DNA of 64,000 nucleotides from Escherichia coli (GTDB lineage Bacteria; Pseudomonadota; Gammaproteobacteria; Enterobacterales; Enterobacteriaceae): NCBI RefSeq assembly GCF_002854065.1, contig NZ_CP024147.1; one strand, 5' to 3'. Shown piece by piece: positions 10,427 to 21,935 of this stretch (position 1 is its first letter; each line of letters starts with the position of its first letter). The notes under the pieces were generated by a model. It saw only the letters and a program-made list of their open reading frames with translations, ran no database searches and was not told where the DNA came from. The position numbers and the translations under genes were made by a program.

Positions 10427-11950
10427 ATGCGCAATACACTCATACCCATCCTCGTTGCGATATGCTTGTTTATAACCGGTGTCGCTATTTTGAACATCCA
10501 GCTCTGGTATTCCGCAAAAGCAGAGTACCTGGCGGGAGCAAGATATGCCGCCAACAATATCAATCATATACTTGAAGAAGCGTCACAGGCGACTCAAACA
10601 GCGGTTAACATTGCCGGGAAGGAATGCGACCTCGAGGAGCAATATCAGCTTGGCACTGAAGCAGCTCTGAAACCTCACCTGCGCACAATCATCATTCTCA
10701 AACAGGGTACGGTCTGGTGTACATCCTTACCGGGGAATCGGGTCCTGCTGTCTCGTATTCCTGTTTTCCCGGACAGTAATTTACTGTTGGCTCCGGCAAT
10801 CGACACCGTTAATCGATTACCTATCCTGCTCTATCAGAGCCAATTTGCAGATACGCGCATTTTGGTTACGATAAGTGATCAGCATATTCGCGGGGCGCTT
10901 AATGTACCCTTGAAAGGGGTAAGGTATGTATTACGCGTGGCGGATGACATTATTGGACCTACGGGTGATGTGATAACGCTTAATGGACATTATCCCTATA
11001 CCGAGAAGGTTCACTCCACAAAATATCATTTCACTATTATCTTTAACTCGCCGCCACTCTTTAGCTTCTACAGACTTATCGATAAAGGCTTTGGGATTTT
11101 GATCTTTATTCTGTTAATCGCCTGCGCCGCTGCCTTCCTGCTAGATAGGTATTTCAATAAAAGCGCAACGCCTGAAGAGATCCTGCGGCGGGCTATAAAT
11201 AATGGGGAGATCGTCCCTTTTTACCAACCAGTGGTGAATGGTCGGGAAGGGACATTGCGGGGAGTTGAGGTGTTAGCCCGCTGGAAACAACCTCACGGTG
11301 GATATATTTCACCCGCGGCATTTATTCCACTTGCTGAAAAATCCGGATTAATCGTTCCGCTTACGCAAAGCCTGATGAATCAGGTTGCCAGACAGATGAA
11401 CGCTATCGCGAGTAAATTGCCGGAAGGTTTTCATATTGGAATTAATTTTAGCGCCTCGCATATTATTTCGCCGACGTTTGTCGACGAGTGCTTAAATTAC
11501 CGTGACAGTTTTACCCGCCGCGATTTAAACCTCGTTCTGGAAGTTACCGAGCGTGAGCCATTAAATGTTGATGAAAGTCTGGTTCAGCGGTTGAACATTC
11601 TGCATGAAAATGGTTTTGTCATCGCGCTGGATGATTTCGGTACTGGCTACTCAGGGCTTTCTTTTCTGCATGACCTGCATATTGATTATATCAAAATTGA
11701 TCACAGTTTCGTTGGCCGCGTAAACGCAGACCCAGAATCAACTCGGATTCTGGATTGTGTATTGGATCTGGCGCGTAAACTTTCGATCAGTATCGTCGCT
11801 GAAGGTGTCGAAACCAAAGAACAACTTGACTATCTGAACCAAAATAATATCACATTTCAGCAGGGTTATTATTTCTATAAACCTGTTACATACATCGACC
11901 TGGTCAAAATTATCCTTTCTAAACCGAAGGTGAAGGTTGTGGTTGAGTGA
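10427..11950 (+). CDS. pdeG: CSS-motif/EAL-domain c-di-GMP phosphodiesterase PdeG (YcgG)
   Basis: 507-aa ORF with N-terminal TM helix and C-terminal EAL-domain motifs (..EVTERE.., ..DDFGTGYSGLS..). Confidence 0.85.
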   Translation: MRNTLIPILVAICLFITGVAILNIQLWYSAKAEYLAGARYAANNINHILEEASQATQTAVNIAGKECDLEEQYQLGTEAALKPHLRTIIILKQGTVWCTSLPGNRVLLSRIPVFPDSNLLLAPAIDTVNRLPILLYQSQFADTRILVTISDQHIRGALNVPLKGVRYVLRVADDIIGPTGDVITLNGHYPYTEKVHSTKYHFTIIFNSPPLFSFYRLIDKGFGILIFILLIACAAAFLLDRYFNKSATPEEILRRAINNGEIVPFYQPVVNGREGTLRGVEVLARWKQPHGGYISPAAFIPLAEKSGLIVPLTQSLMNQVARQMNAIASKLPEGFHIGINFSASHIISPTFVDECLNYRDSFTRRDLNLVLEVTEREPLNVDESLVQRLNILHENGFVIALDDFGTGYSGLSFLHDLHIDYIKIDHSFVGRVNADPESTRILDCVLDLARKLSISIVAEGVETKEQLDYLNQNNITFQQGYYFYKPVTYIDLVKIILSKPKVKVVVE

Positions 11951-12081
11951 AAATCGATCACTAAGGCCATGATGCGGTGTAATTATAGACAGCTAATTAG
12001 CTCGTTGCCTCTTGTTACTATTGTTCATTATTTTGTTTGCTATAATTGTTTGAAAGTTTTGACAGGATTGCCATTAGTAGC

Positions 12082-12300
12082 ATGAACAATAGTAATAATC
12101 TGGATTATTTCACTCTCTATATCATCTTTTCCATTGCATTTATGCTGATCACTCTCCTGGTCATCCTTATTGCAAAACCCAGTACCGGGCTGGGAGAAGT
12201 GCTTGTGACGATAAATTTGCTTAATGCCCTTGTTTGGCTGGCGATCAATCTGGTTAATCGATTAAGGGAAAGACTCGTCAGCCACAGGGATCAGCAATAA
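12082..12300 (+). CDS. ymgF: inner membrane protein YmgF
   Basis: 72-aa product from ATG 12082 (MNNSNNLDYFTLYIIFSIAFMLITLLVILIA...), two predicted TM segments. Confidence 0.7.
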   Translation: MNNSNNLDYFTLYIIFSIAFMLITLLVILIAKPSTGLGEVLVTINLLNALVWLAINLVNRLRERLVSHRDQQ

Positions 12301-12699
12301 TCTTTCAGTTTCTCACTGTCAGCATGCGGCTGAATGGGGTGCTGACAGTGAACGCCTGGATCATTGAAGGAAAGGAATTATTGCGCAAATAGTTGTCAAC
12401 CCTGGTGTTATCACAGTTGTTTTTATATATCATTGAAATAATTTCTATGGCAACTATCAATGATTGTGATGTCGAAGAGTTATTTGTTAAACAAAATCGT
12501 CACCTCAAAGTGATCAATGTCATGAAAATAAGGTGAAAAATAATAATGCCGACTTATTTATCATTTATATATTGTTGCTGTTTATCTATTTAAATTTCTT
12601 GTGCTTTTGTTTTTGTCTTTACCCTCCGTTTTGGTAATCTGAACTCATAGGTTATTTGACCAGGAATGTTTGTTAATCCAATGAATGGATGGTTAATCT

Positions 12700-15363
12700 A
12701 TGAAACTGAAAAAACTCCCCGGGTTTAGTTTAGGACTTATTGCTCTGGCGGTGGGTAATGCATATGCAACACAATTGTTGGATGATTATAGTATAATTTC
12801 CTATATAACCGATGAAGAATCGCCGATTCAAATCAAAGATAATACTTTGAAAAGTAATGAAGAATATCTAACCACTGAAGACGAAAGCCATGCTGTGAAA
12901 GTGGATGACGGTGTAACTGGATATATAAATAATGCCAGTGTGATGACTAGTGGTGATGGATCTTATGGTATTTCTGTTGATAGTCAAAACAAAGTATTAT
13001 ATATAAGCGATAGCGATATTAAGACCTCTGGAAGCGTATCTAACAAAGAAAATAACCAAGATGTTAATGGAGGGATAACAGCCAGCGCAGTAGTCAGTGA
13101 ATTTGGTGGCACCATCGTTATGAATGGTGATAATTTAGTCGAGACGGGGGGGGCATATTCAGCGGGACTTTTAAGTCAGGTTAATGATTCTGGAAATGTG
13201 GAAAATAACACTCGTCTTGAAACCACAGATAAAACGATCATTGTTACCTCTGGGGAAAATGCAGTAGGTGTTCTTGCATGTTCAAGACCTGGAGAGTCTC
13301 GAACATGTGTCGATGCTGTAGATGATGAAGTTAGTGATTCTAACAGTTACGAAGTTATTAGCCGTGCTGATTTAAAAATGAATGGTGGTTCCATAACAAC
13401 TAATGGCATTAATAGCTATGGTGCTTATGCTAATGGGAAAAAAGCATATATTAATTTAGATTATGTGGCACTTGAAACTGTGGCTGATGGAAGTTATGCA
13501 GTTGCTATTCGACAAGGTAACATTGATATAAAAAATAGTTCTATTACAACAACAGGCACTAAAGCCCCCATTGCAAAAATATACAATGGTGGAGAGTTAT
13601 TTTTTTCCAATGTCACCGCGGTATCAGTAAAAGATAAAGGAATATCAATTGATGCATCAAATATCGATTCTCATGCCAAAATAGCACTATCAAGTGTTGA
13701 ACTTTCAAGTGCTTTGGATAGTATTGATGTTAACAAAACTACAACGAATTTAAGCATCCTTAATCGAAGTATTATCACGCCTGGTAATAATATTCTGGTT
13801 AATAATACTGGGGGTGACTTAAACATAATTTCGTCCAACTCTACTCTAAATGGAGCGACTAAACTCGTTAGCGGCACAACCACGCTGAAGCTTTCAGAAA
13901 ACACAATCTGGAATATGAAAGATGACTCCGTTGTTACCCATCTGACTAATTCAGACAGTATTATCAATCTTTCGTATGATGATGGTCAAACATTTACCCA
14001 GGGAAAAACGTTAACCGTAAAAGGTAATTATGTCGGTAATAATGGTCAGCTTAATATCCGCACTGTATTAGGTGATGATAAATCAGCTACGGATAGACTT
14101 ATTGTGGAGGGTAATACTTCGGGTTCAACTACCGTCTATGTGAAAAATGCTGGAGGAAGCGGCGCGGCCACGCTAAATGGGATCGAACTCATAACTGTGA
14201 ATGGCGATGAATCTCCAGCAGATGCCTTCAGACAAGGTGATGCAAGGATTGCAGCTGGAGCTTTCGAATATCAACTAAAACAACAAGGCAAAAACTGGTA
14301 TTTGACAAGTTATCAGTCAGTGAATGAGGAGGATAACAGCTCAGAGGGAAATTCAGAATCAACAGAAACGCCCACCCCCGTCCTGCGCCCCGAAGCTGGA
14401 AGTTACGTCGCCAACCTGGCAGCCGCTAACACTCTTTTTGTTATGCGTCTGAATGACCGTGCAGGTGAAACGCGCTACATCGATCCTGTAACTGAACAGG
14501 AGCGTTCAAGCCGACTTTGGCTACGTCAAATTGGCGGGCATAATGCCTGGCGTGACAGCAACGGACAGTTGAGAACGACCTCGCATCGCTACGTCTCGCA
14601 GTTAGGGGCCGATCTGTTAACCGGTGGTTTTACCGACAGTGACAGTTGGCGTTTGGGAGTGATGGCTGGTTATGCCCGCGACTACAACTCAACTCATTCC
14701 AGCGTGTCGGATTATCGTTCGAAAGGGAGTGTCAGAGGCTATAGCGCAGGGCTGTATGCCACCTGGTTTGCCGATGACATCAGTAAAAAAGGCGCATACA
14801 TTGACGCCTGGGCGCAATATAGCTGGTTTAAAAACTCGGTGAAAGGGGATGAATTAGCCTATGAATCCTATAGCGCGAAAGGCGCAACCGTCTCGCTGGA
14901 AGCGGGTTACGGCTTTGCCCTGAATAAATCCTTTGGTCTGGAAGCGGCGAAATATACGTGGATCTTCCAGCCACAGGCACAGGCTATCTGGATGGGCGTC
15001 GATCATAATGCGCACACCGAAGCCAATGGCTCACGTATTGAGAATGACGCAAATAACAACATCCAGACCCGACTTGGTTTCCGCACTTTTATTCGTACTC
15101 AGGAGAAAAACAGCGGTCCGCACGGTGACGACTTTGAACCTTTTGTTGAAATGAACTGGATCCATAACAGTAAAGATTTTGCTGTCTCAATGAACGGCGT
15201 GAAAGTCGAACAAGACGGGGCGCGTAATTTGGGGGAAATTAAACTTGGCGTAAATGGCAATCTGAATCCGGCGGCCAGCGTCTGGGGTAATGTGGGCGTG
15301 CAGCTGGGTGATAATGGCTACAATGACACCGCAGTGATGGTGGGCCTGAAATATAAGTTCTGA
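12700..15363 (+). CDS. ycgH: autotransporter (type Va secreted protein), apparently intact, at the ycgH position
   Basis: 887-aa uninterrupted ORF: signal peptide MKLKKLPGFSLGLIALAVGNAYA, repetitive passenger domain, C-terminal beta-barrel ending ...GLKYKF. Confidence 0.8.
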   Translation: MKLKKLPGFSLGLIALAVGNAYATQLLDDYSIISYITDEESPIQIKDNTLKSNEEYLTTEDESHAVKVDDGVTGYINNASVMTSGDGSYGISVDSQNKVLYISDSDIKTSGSVSNKENNQDVNGGITASAVVSEFGGTIVMNGDNLVETGGAYSAGLLSQVNDSGNVENNTRLETTDKTIIVTSGENAVGVLACSRPGESRTCVDAVDDEVSDSNSYEVISRADLKMNGGSITTNGINSYGAYANGKKAYINLDYVALETVADGSYAVAIRQGNIDIKNSSITTTGTKAPIAKIYNGGELFFSNVTAVSVKDKGISIDASNIDSHAKIALSSVELSSALDSIDVNKTTTNLSILNRSIITPGNNILVNNTGGDLNIISSNSTLNGATKLVSGTTTLKLSENTIWNMKDDSVVTHLTNSDSIINLSYDDGQTFTQGKTLTVKGNYVGNNGQLNIRTVLGDDKSATDRLIVEGNTSGSTTVYVKNAGGSGAATLNGIELITVNGDESPADAFRQGDARIAAGAFEYQLKQQGKNWYLTSYQSVNEEDNSSEGNSESTETPTPVLRPEAGSYVANLAAANTLFVMRLNDRAGETRYIDPVTEQERSSRLWLRQIGGHNAWRDSNGQLRTTSHRYVSQLGADLLTGGFTDSDSWRLGVMAGYARDYNSTHSSVSDYRSKGSVRGYSAGLYATWFADDISKKGAYIDAWAQYSWFKNSVKGDELAYESYSAKGATVSLEAGYGFALNKSFGLEAAKYTWIFQPQAQAIWMGVDHNAHTEANGSRIENDANNNIQTRLGFRTFIRTQEKNSGPHGDDFEPFVEMNWIHNSKDFAVSMNGVKVEQDGARNLGEIKLGVNGNLNPAASVWGNVGVQLGDNGYNDTAVMVGLKYKF

Positions 15364-15418
15364 TCCCCGTTAGCTAAAATACCGCGTCGAATTCATCGAC
15401 GCGGTAACATATGAAATA

Positions 15419-15754
15419 TTATTTTTTGCCGATAGCACGCATGGTGTCATCAATTGCCGTGATCAACAGCATTTGCGGGTCTTTAGCGCAAACCTGATTC
15501 AGTTTTTCTACCACTTTGGCGCTCAGTTCCGGAGATTGCTCAATTTTTAAATCACGGCTGGCAACGCTGGCATTACCCATTACCGCAACAATTTCTGCAA
15601 CCTGTGCGCTGTCAGTTTTTGCCATTTCGTTGGCTTCTGCGCAAGTAATATAGGTTTCTGACGGCAAACCGTTTTTAATATTGTAGTCCTGCGCCCAGGT
15701 CATTGGTGCGAAAACAAACAGGCCCGCCAGTAAAGCAAATTTTTTCATCATCAT
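15419..15754 (-). CDS. ymgD: periplasmic protein YmgD
   Basis: 111-aa ORF with signal peptide (MMMKKFALLAGLFVFAPMTWA). Confidence 0.75.
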   Translation of the reverse strand: MMMKKFALLAGLFVFAPMTWAQDYNIKNGLPSETYITCAEANEMAKTDSAQVAEIVAVMGNASVASRDLKIEQSPELSAKVVEKLNQVCAKDPQMLLITAIDDTMRAIGKK

Positions 15755-15757
15755 TCC

Positions 15758-16102
15758 TTATTTCATTTTACCCAGAATTGCACCACCCGTACCGCCAATC
15801 ACGGCACCTTTAATCGCCCCTTCGAGGCCATTGCCGGTCAGAACGCCAGTGACAGCACCAACGGCGGCACCCACTTTTGCACCTTTACGTGCATTTTTAC
15901 CGTCGCGGCCTTTTTCTGTTACTGCACCAACACCAGCGCCAACAGCTGCACCTTTCAGTACGCCATTAACACCATTGCCAGTAAGTAATCCAACGCCTGC
16001 GCCTAGCAATGCACCTTTCGTGGTGCGGTTCATATCCGCCATCGCTGGCGTGGAGCAGAACAATGCTGAGATAAGCCCGAAGGCAAGTATTTTTTTCTTC
16101 AA
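15758..16102 (-). CDS. ymgG: glycine-zipper protein YmgG
   Basis: 114-aa Gly/Ala-rich ORF with signal peptide, directly downstream of ymgD. Confidence 0.75.
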
Positions 16103-16578
16103 CTTAGATGTCCGGTATTAAGTAAGTTGCACACACAATAATTTCGTCTTCAATTAAGATCTGCTTAACTAAAGAACGCTCGCTATTATTCAGATAATTC
16201 AAAATGAGCGTGGCTGTGATGATAGGAATTATGTTTTTTACGTGAATGAGAATAATCTTAAATGAGGAATAACTCATTGATTGACAATATTTTTATTCAA
16301 GAAGTGTCATTGACTGTTAACGCAATGTTGTAATGGTAAGATAATCTGATTTATCAATATTATTGTGTGATTTTTATGTGAGCAGAAGATATTCATCAGC
16401 AACGATTACATTAGTCATTTTATTTTGCCGACGGCCTCATTGTCGAAAGATAAGCGTACGACAGTATTATCTGAAAAGAGTGATTTTTTATCCAACCACA
16501 CTTCAGCGCACTGCGTTTAAAAAATGCCTCTTTCTTATGCGGGATATCATCATTTCATCATGATGTCTTTGGTGAGCG

Positions 16579-17022
16579 GTGAACACAATACACCTGCGCT
16601 GTCTCTTCAGGATGAATCCCCTGGTCTGGTGCCTGCGGGCTGATGTTGCAGCCGAGCTAAGGTCACTTAGACGCTACTATCATTTATCCAATGGCATGGA
16701 ATCGAAATCAGTCGATACCCGCAGTATATATCGTGAACTGGGTGCAACGCTGAGTTACAACATGCGTCTGGGGAACTGTATGGAAGTTGAGCCGTGGCTG
16801 AAGGCGGCTGTGCGCAAAGAATTTGTCGATGATAACCGGGTGAAAGTGAATAATGACGGTAATTTCGTCAATGATTTGTCGGGCAGACGTGGAATATACC
16901 AGGCAGGTATTAAAGCCTCATTCAGCAGTACGTTAAGCGGGCATCTCGGGGTGGGGTATAGCAACGGTGCCGATGTGGAATCCCCGTGGAACGCGGTGGC
17001 TGGTGTGAACTGGTCATTCTGA
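16579..17022 (+). pseudogene. ycgI: autotransporter beta-domain remnant (ycgI-like)
   Basis: 147-aa ORF whose C-terminus (...SGHLGVGYSNGADVESPWNAVAGVNWSF) looks like the end of an autotransporter barrel without any passenger domain. Confidence 0.45.
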
Positions 17023-17400
17023 CCATCAACGATTAAACTGCACTTCGGCACAGTTTTCGTTTACAGGATGTTAAAAGAGAAAATTCTGGGGTAAAAAAAG
17101 CCCGCCAGTTACGGCGGGAAACCTCATCCTATGGGAGAACAATGAATAATGAATAATGAAATTGCGGGGTTATCATCTCCCAGTATATCCATACCAACAA
17201 TAAGGTTATTTACTCAACCAGGCATAAACATTTTTTTTTGTGCGTGGGAACATCCTTAAGGTGTAAAGGGGGAGGTGGAAATAGCAATGAGGAGTATCAG
17301 CAAGAATACTCGCCGCTTTACCACAACGTGGATGAGAGGGATGAAAAACTCAAGGCAGAGATAACTCTGCCTTGAAGATAAATGCGCTTTTACAGCGGGA

Positions 17401-17667
17401 TTATTTCAGCTCTTCTGCTTCCGGTAAGGTCACGTTCAGCTCAAGAATAGAAATATCGCCATCTTTTTGCTCAAGCTGTACGGTTACCATCTCAGGATCA
17501 ATTTGTACGTATTTACAAATGACCTCAAGAATATCTTTACGCAACTGCGGCAGATAATGCGGTTCTGCATCGCTGCGACGGCGTTCAGCAACAATAATCT
17601 GCAGCCGTTCTTTTGCAATGTTGGCTGTGTTTTTCTTCCGCGAGAGAAAGAAATCGAGTAATGCCAT
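17401..17667 (-). CDS. minE: cell division topological specificity factor MinE
   Basis: 88-aa product [31 protein letters not shown]... identical in character to E. coli MinE. Confidence 0.97.
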
Positions 17668-17670
17668 AAC

Positions 17671-18483
17671 TTATCCTCCGAACAAGCGTTTGAGGAAGCC
17701 TTTCTTCTCTTCTTCAATGAAGCGGAAAGGACGTTCTTCTCCCAACAGACGTTCTACGGTATCTGCGTAGGCTTTACCCGCATCGGCGTTAATGTCGAGA
17801 ATGACCGGTTCACCCTGGTTAGAGGCGCGCAATACTGATTGATCCTCTGGGATCACGCCGACGAGTTTGATGCGCAGGATCTCCAGCACATCTTCCATGC
17901 TCAGCATGTCACCTCTGCTTACGCGGCCTGGGTTATAGCGCGTTAACAGCAGGTGCTCTTTAATAGGCTCTTCGCCATTTTCTGCGCGGCGTGATTTTGA
18001 CGCCAGAATGCCTAAAATACGGTCAGAGTCGCGTACTGAGGAGACTTCCGGGTTGGTGGTAATAATGGCTTCGTCTGCAAAATAGAGTGCCATTAACGCA
18101 CCGGTTTCAATCCCTGCCGGGGAGTCACAAACGATAAATTCAAAATCCATCGCTTTCAGATCATCAAGAACTTTAGCGACCCCTTCACGGGTGAGGGCAT
18201 CTTTATCGCGTGTTTGCGATGCCGGCAGAATATAGAGATTTTCAGTACGCTTATCTTTAATTAACGCCTGATTTAGCGTTGCATCGCCCTGAATGACGTT
18301 GACGAAATCGTAAACGACCCGGCGTTCGCAACCCATAATCAGGTCGAGATTACGCAGGCCGATATCAAAATCTATCACGACAGTTTTCTTTCCCTTCTGG
18401 GCCAAACCAGTGGCGATGGCCGCGCTGGAGGTTGTCTTACCAACACCCCCTTTGCCCGAAGTAACAACAATAATGCGTGCCAT
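17671..18483 (-). CDS. minD: septum site-determining ATPase MinD
   Basis: 270-aa product MARIIVVTSGKGGVGKTTSSAAIATGLAQKGKK... (deviant Walker A). Confidence 0.97.
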   Translation of the reverse strand: MARIIVVTSGKGGVGKTTSSAAIATGLAQKGKKTVVIDFDIGLRNLDLIMGCERRVVYDFVNVIQGDATLNQALIKDKRTENLYILPASQTRDKDALTREGVAKVLDDLKAMDFEFIVCDSPAGIETGALMALYFADEAIITTNPEVSSVRDSDRILGILASKSRRAENGEEPIKEHLLLTRYNPGRVSRGDMLSMEDVLEILRIKLVGVIPEDQSVLRASNQGEPVILDINADAGKAYADTVERLLGEERPFRFIEEEKKGFLKRLFGG

Positions 18484-18506
18484 AGAAATTCCTTGTTAAA
18501 AAGGGA

Positions 18507-19202
18507 TCAATTTAACGGTTGAACGGTCAAAGCGTTTTCGACTAACTGCAGTCGCGCCGCTTTGCCATAAAATTCTGCTGGGATTTGATCACTCAGCCAG
18601 TATTCACCTGCGATGGACACCAATTCCGCCATCAGGTTCGTACAAAATATTTGCGTTTCCCGGTCACCACTTGCCCCTGCAAGCGCACGACCGCGCATCA
18701 TGCCATAGACATGAATGTTCCCATCGGCAATCAATTCGGCCCCAGCGCTAACGTGGCTTGTAACAATCAGATCACATTGTGGAGCATAAATACGCTGACC
18801 GGAACGCACCGGGGTATCTATTAAACGCGTTTTTGTGACTGGCGTTGTATTTTGCGCTGGAACCTGCGGTGCGGGAGCTGGACGTGGCGCTTTTTCCTTT
18901 CCTTCCGTCAGGATAGGCAGCCCCATTTTTTCAATTTCGGCTTTAAGTTGCGCATCTTTGCAGCCACTTACGCCAATAACCCGCAAACCGGTTGCCGAAA
19001 CCGCCTTATGCATCGCTGACCAGTTTACCGGGTCTTCCAGTGCACTGACGTTGAGTACAACGGGGGCATGTTTTAAAAATGCGGGGGCCTGAGCGATTTT
19101 GTCTTCCAGCGCCTGATGGATAACCTTAGGTTCTGCCTCATGCAGATGAACCACAGATAAAGTGAAGCTACTGCCTTTAAGCTCGATTGGCGTGTTTGAC
19201 AT
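18507..19202 (-). CDS. minC: septum site-determining protein MinC
   Basis: 231-aa product from ATG 19200-19202 ([26 protein letters not shown]...); ORF track extends 5 codons upstream. Confidence 0.95.
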   Translation of the reverse strand: MSNTPIELKGSSFTLSVVHLHEAEPKVIHQALEDKIAQAPAFLKHAPVVLNVSALEDPVNWSAMHKAVSATGLRVIGVSGCKDAQLKAEIEKMGLPILTEGKEKAPRPAPAPQVPAQNTTPVTKTRLIDTPVRSGQRIYAPQCDLIVTSHVSAGAELIADGNIHVYGMMRGRALAGASGDRETQIFCTNLMAELVSIAGEYWLSDQIPAEFYGKAARLQLVENALTVQPLN

Positions 19203-19721
19203 CCTGGCCTTACTCAATTAGCTATTAATCATCGCCAGCGCGCGATGATGTTCCGAAGACTATAAGGCATGTTATAGTCTGGATTATATTGAGGCAAGTC
19301 ACCCTCCCATTTATTCAGAGTAAAAGTCTATTCTGTGATAAATGGCGCTGATTCATAGCTTAAAAAATACCCTTGTCAATCAACCCATTGCCGTCGTACT
19401 TTTGATTCTTCTTATTTACGCTTCCTTTTTCCGCACCCTAATCGTGACAGCATCTTTAGACCTGTTTAAATATCCAGTATTGAGGCAAGTGTATTTTTTC
19501 ACCATGCCAGGCTTTCTTAACTTTCCATTTTTTGCAGCATCATTAAAGAACAGATACCCGTTATCTTAATATCCGCCACAGAATTGCTCTATCATAGAAA
19601 CCGCAGAAGACGTCTGATACTTCTGTCAGGTCATCGTAACTCGTCCAGGTCAGCGGTTTTGATTACGGATTGATGATGAAATGAGCATAAGTGTTGTACG
19701 GTTGGATTATCAGGATGTGCT

Positions 19722-20090
19722 ATGAATATGATGCGTATTTTTTATATCGGATTGTCAGGTGTGGGGATGATGTTCTCATCAATGGCGTCTGGAAATGACG
19801 CTGGCGGACTTCAATCTCCGGCGTGCGGCATTGTTTGTGACCCGTATATTTGTGTGAACTCAGATGGCATTTCCCCAGAGTTAACAAGGAAATATCTCGG
19901 CGAAAAAACCGCTGAAAACTTACAATCATTACAAGGCTACGATCCCAGCGAATTTACATTCGCTAACGGTGTATTTTGCGATGTTAAAGAAAAATTATGC
20001 CGTGATGATCGTTATTTTGGTGTAGATGGTAAGCGGAGTGGAAAAATCAATCAAACCACCACAAAGATGTTATTTATGTGTCGTGAGTGA
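19722..20090 (+). CDS. ycgJ: uncharacterised secreted protein YcgJ
   Basis: 122-aa ORF with signal peptide, position after minC. Confidence 0.75.
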   Translation: MNMMRIFYIGLSGVGMMFSSMASGNDAGGLQSPACGIVCDPYICVNSDGISPELTRKYLGEKTAENLQSLQGYDPSEFTFANGVFCDVKEKLCRDDRYFGVDGKRSGKINQTTTKMLFMCRE

Positions 20091-20192
20091 TGTCTTGTTT
20101 ACATTATGTTCTATTCGTCATTAACCTCTTGAGCGACAGAGAGGAGTGGGGCGTTAACGTTTATGACGGGGAGAGTCCCCGTCGGTTGACAT

Positions 20193-20594
20193 TTACTTAA
20201 TTTGAATATCGACGTTATATTTTTTAGTTTTGTTTTTACGGGCGTCGTTTCGGGTTTGCAGCACTCGCAGCTCATATTTGCCAGAAGCAGGGAGTGAGTA
20301 TTGTCCGTGACTATCGAGTTCTGGGGAATATCTGGATAAATCAACAGAATCATCGATTCCTGGCCCGAAGAGGTAAGTATCAGCACCTTCATTAGAGATA
20401 CTCACATGCACTTTCTGACCTTTTTTGGCATAGAAGGTATATGTATCGTAATCGTATCCCTTTATTTCGCCGGAGTACTGAGCGCTGCTATGGCCTTTTC
20501 TGAACTCAACATTGACATTCTTACCCGCAGCAAAGCTCGTGGAGGTTAGCAGTGCAAGCAGCAATACAGCCTTACTGATGCTCTTGATTTTCAT
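20193..20594 (-). CDS. pliG: periplasmic inhibitor of g-type lysozyme PliG (YcgK)
   Basis: 133-aa ORF with signal peptide ([22 protein letters not shown]). Confidence 0.8.
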
Positions 20595-20801
20595 TGGTAG
20601 TCTCCTGTTCAGAATGAGTACGATGAACTGTTATAATATAACAATCCATTACGGGAGAATTCCAGTGGCTTTCCTGCGTTCGGTAAAATCCCGTCGCGGC
20701 ATTTTTGCCGGGGGGATTACTTATAAAGGGGGCATGGACTCAACAAACCGTAGAATCTACAGCTGGCTGGCTTGTGGCGCGGGTTTCATTGATGTTAGCT
20801 T

Positions 20802-21128
20802 ATGCCAAAACCTGGCATCTTAAAGAGTAAAAGTATGTTTTGTGTGATTTATCGAAGCAGCAAGCGTGACCAGACCTATTTATATGTCGAAAAAAAAGAC
20901 GATTTTTCGCGTGTTCCTGAGGAACTGATGAAAGGTTTTGGTCAGCCTCAGTTAGCGATGATTCTGCCGCTGGATGGGCGGAAGAAACTGGTCAATGCCG
21001 ATATTGAAAAGGTTAAACAGGCATTAACCGAGCAAGGTTACTATTTGCAGTTACCGCCACCACCCGAAGATTTGCTGAAGCAACATCTTTCCGTCATGGG
21101 GCAGAAAACAGACGACACTAACAAATAA
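20802..21128 (+). CDS. ycgL: uncharacterised protein YcgL
   Basis: 108-aa ORF at the expected position. Confidence 0.8.
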   Translation: MPKPGILKSKSMFCVIYRSSKRDQTYLYVEKKDDFSRVPEELMKGFGQPQLAMILPLDGRKKLVNADIEKVKQALTEQGYYLQLPPPPEDLLKQHLSVMGQKTDDTNK

Positions 21129-21199
21129 CCGATATCCGGCGGTGGCATTATCTTTGTCGGCGCGGGTTTTCATATCCACGATAAGGTGAGGGGAACGTT

Positions 21200-21859
21200 A
21201 TGTATCAACATCACAACTGGCAAGGTGCGCTGCTGGATTATCCGGTGAGTAAAGTAGTCTGTGTTGGCAGTAACTATGCCAAACATATTAAAGAGATGGG
21301 CAGCGCAGTGCCCGAAGAGCCAGTGCTGTTTATTAAACCAGAAACGGCACTGTGCGATCTGCGGCAGCCATTGGCGATCCCATCCGATTTCGGTTCAGTT
21401 CATCATGAAGTCGAACTGGCGGTGTTGATTGGCGCGACGCTGCGTCAGGCTACGGAAGAGCATGTCCGCAAAGCCATTGCCGGTTACGGCGTGGCGCTCG
21501 ATCTGACGTTGCGTGATGTTCAGGGAAAAATGAAGAAAGCCGGGCAGCCGTGGGAAAAGGCTAAAGCGTTTGATAACTCTTGTCCGCTTTCCGGGTTTAT
21601 TCCCGCGGCGGAATTCACCGGCGATCCGCAAAATACAACGCTGGGCCTGAGCGTAAACGGCGAACAACGCCAGCAAGGTACGACTGCGGACATGATCCAT
21701 AAAATCGTTCCGCTGATCGCTTATATGAGCAAGTTTTTTACCCTCAAGGCTGGTGACGTTGTGCTGACAGGCACGCCTGATGGCGTCGGCCCGTTGCAAA
21801 GCGGTGATGAGCTGACAGTCACTTTCGATGGGCATTCTTTGACAACTCGCGTTTTGTAA
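21200..21859 (+). CDS. ycgM: fumarylacetoacetate-hydrolase-family protein YcgM
   Basis: 219-aa ORF with FAH-fold features. Confidence 0.85.
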
Positions 21860-21935
21860 TACTTTTTGCCGCCTGAAAGCGGCGGCAAAACTTGCATCGC
21901 TGTGCCAGACTGGTTATAAGGTGCGTTTTAACGTA

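Noticed and set aside
17372-17717. Short ORFs on both strands overlapping minE
   Set aside because: Overlap the highly conserved minE coding sequence; no independent support.
19342-19569. 75-aa hydrophobic plus-strand ORF upstream of ycgJ
   Set aside because: No recognisable ribosome-binding site and no homology recalled; could be a small membrane protein but unsupported.
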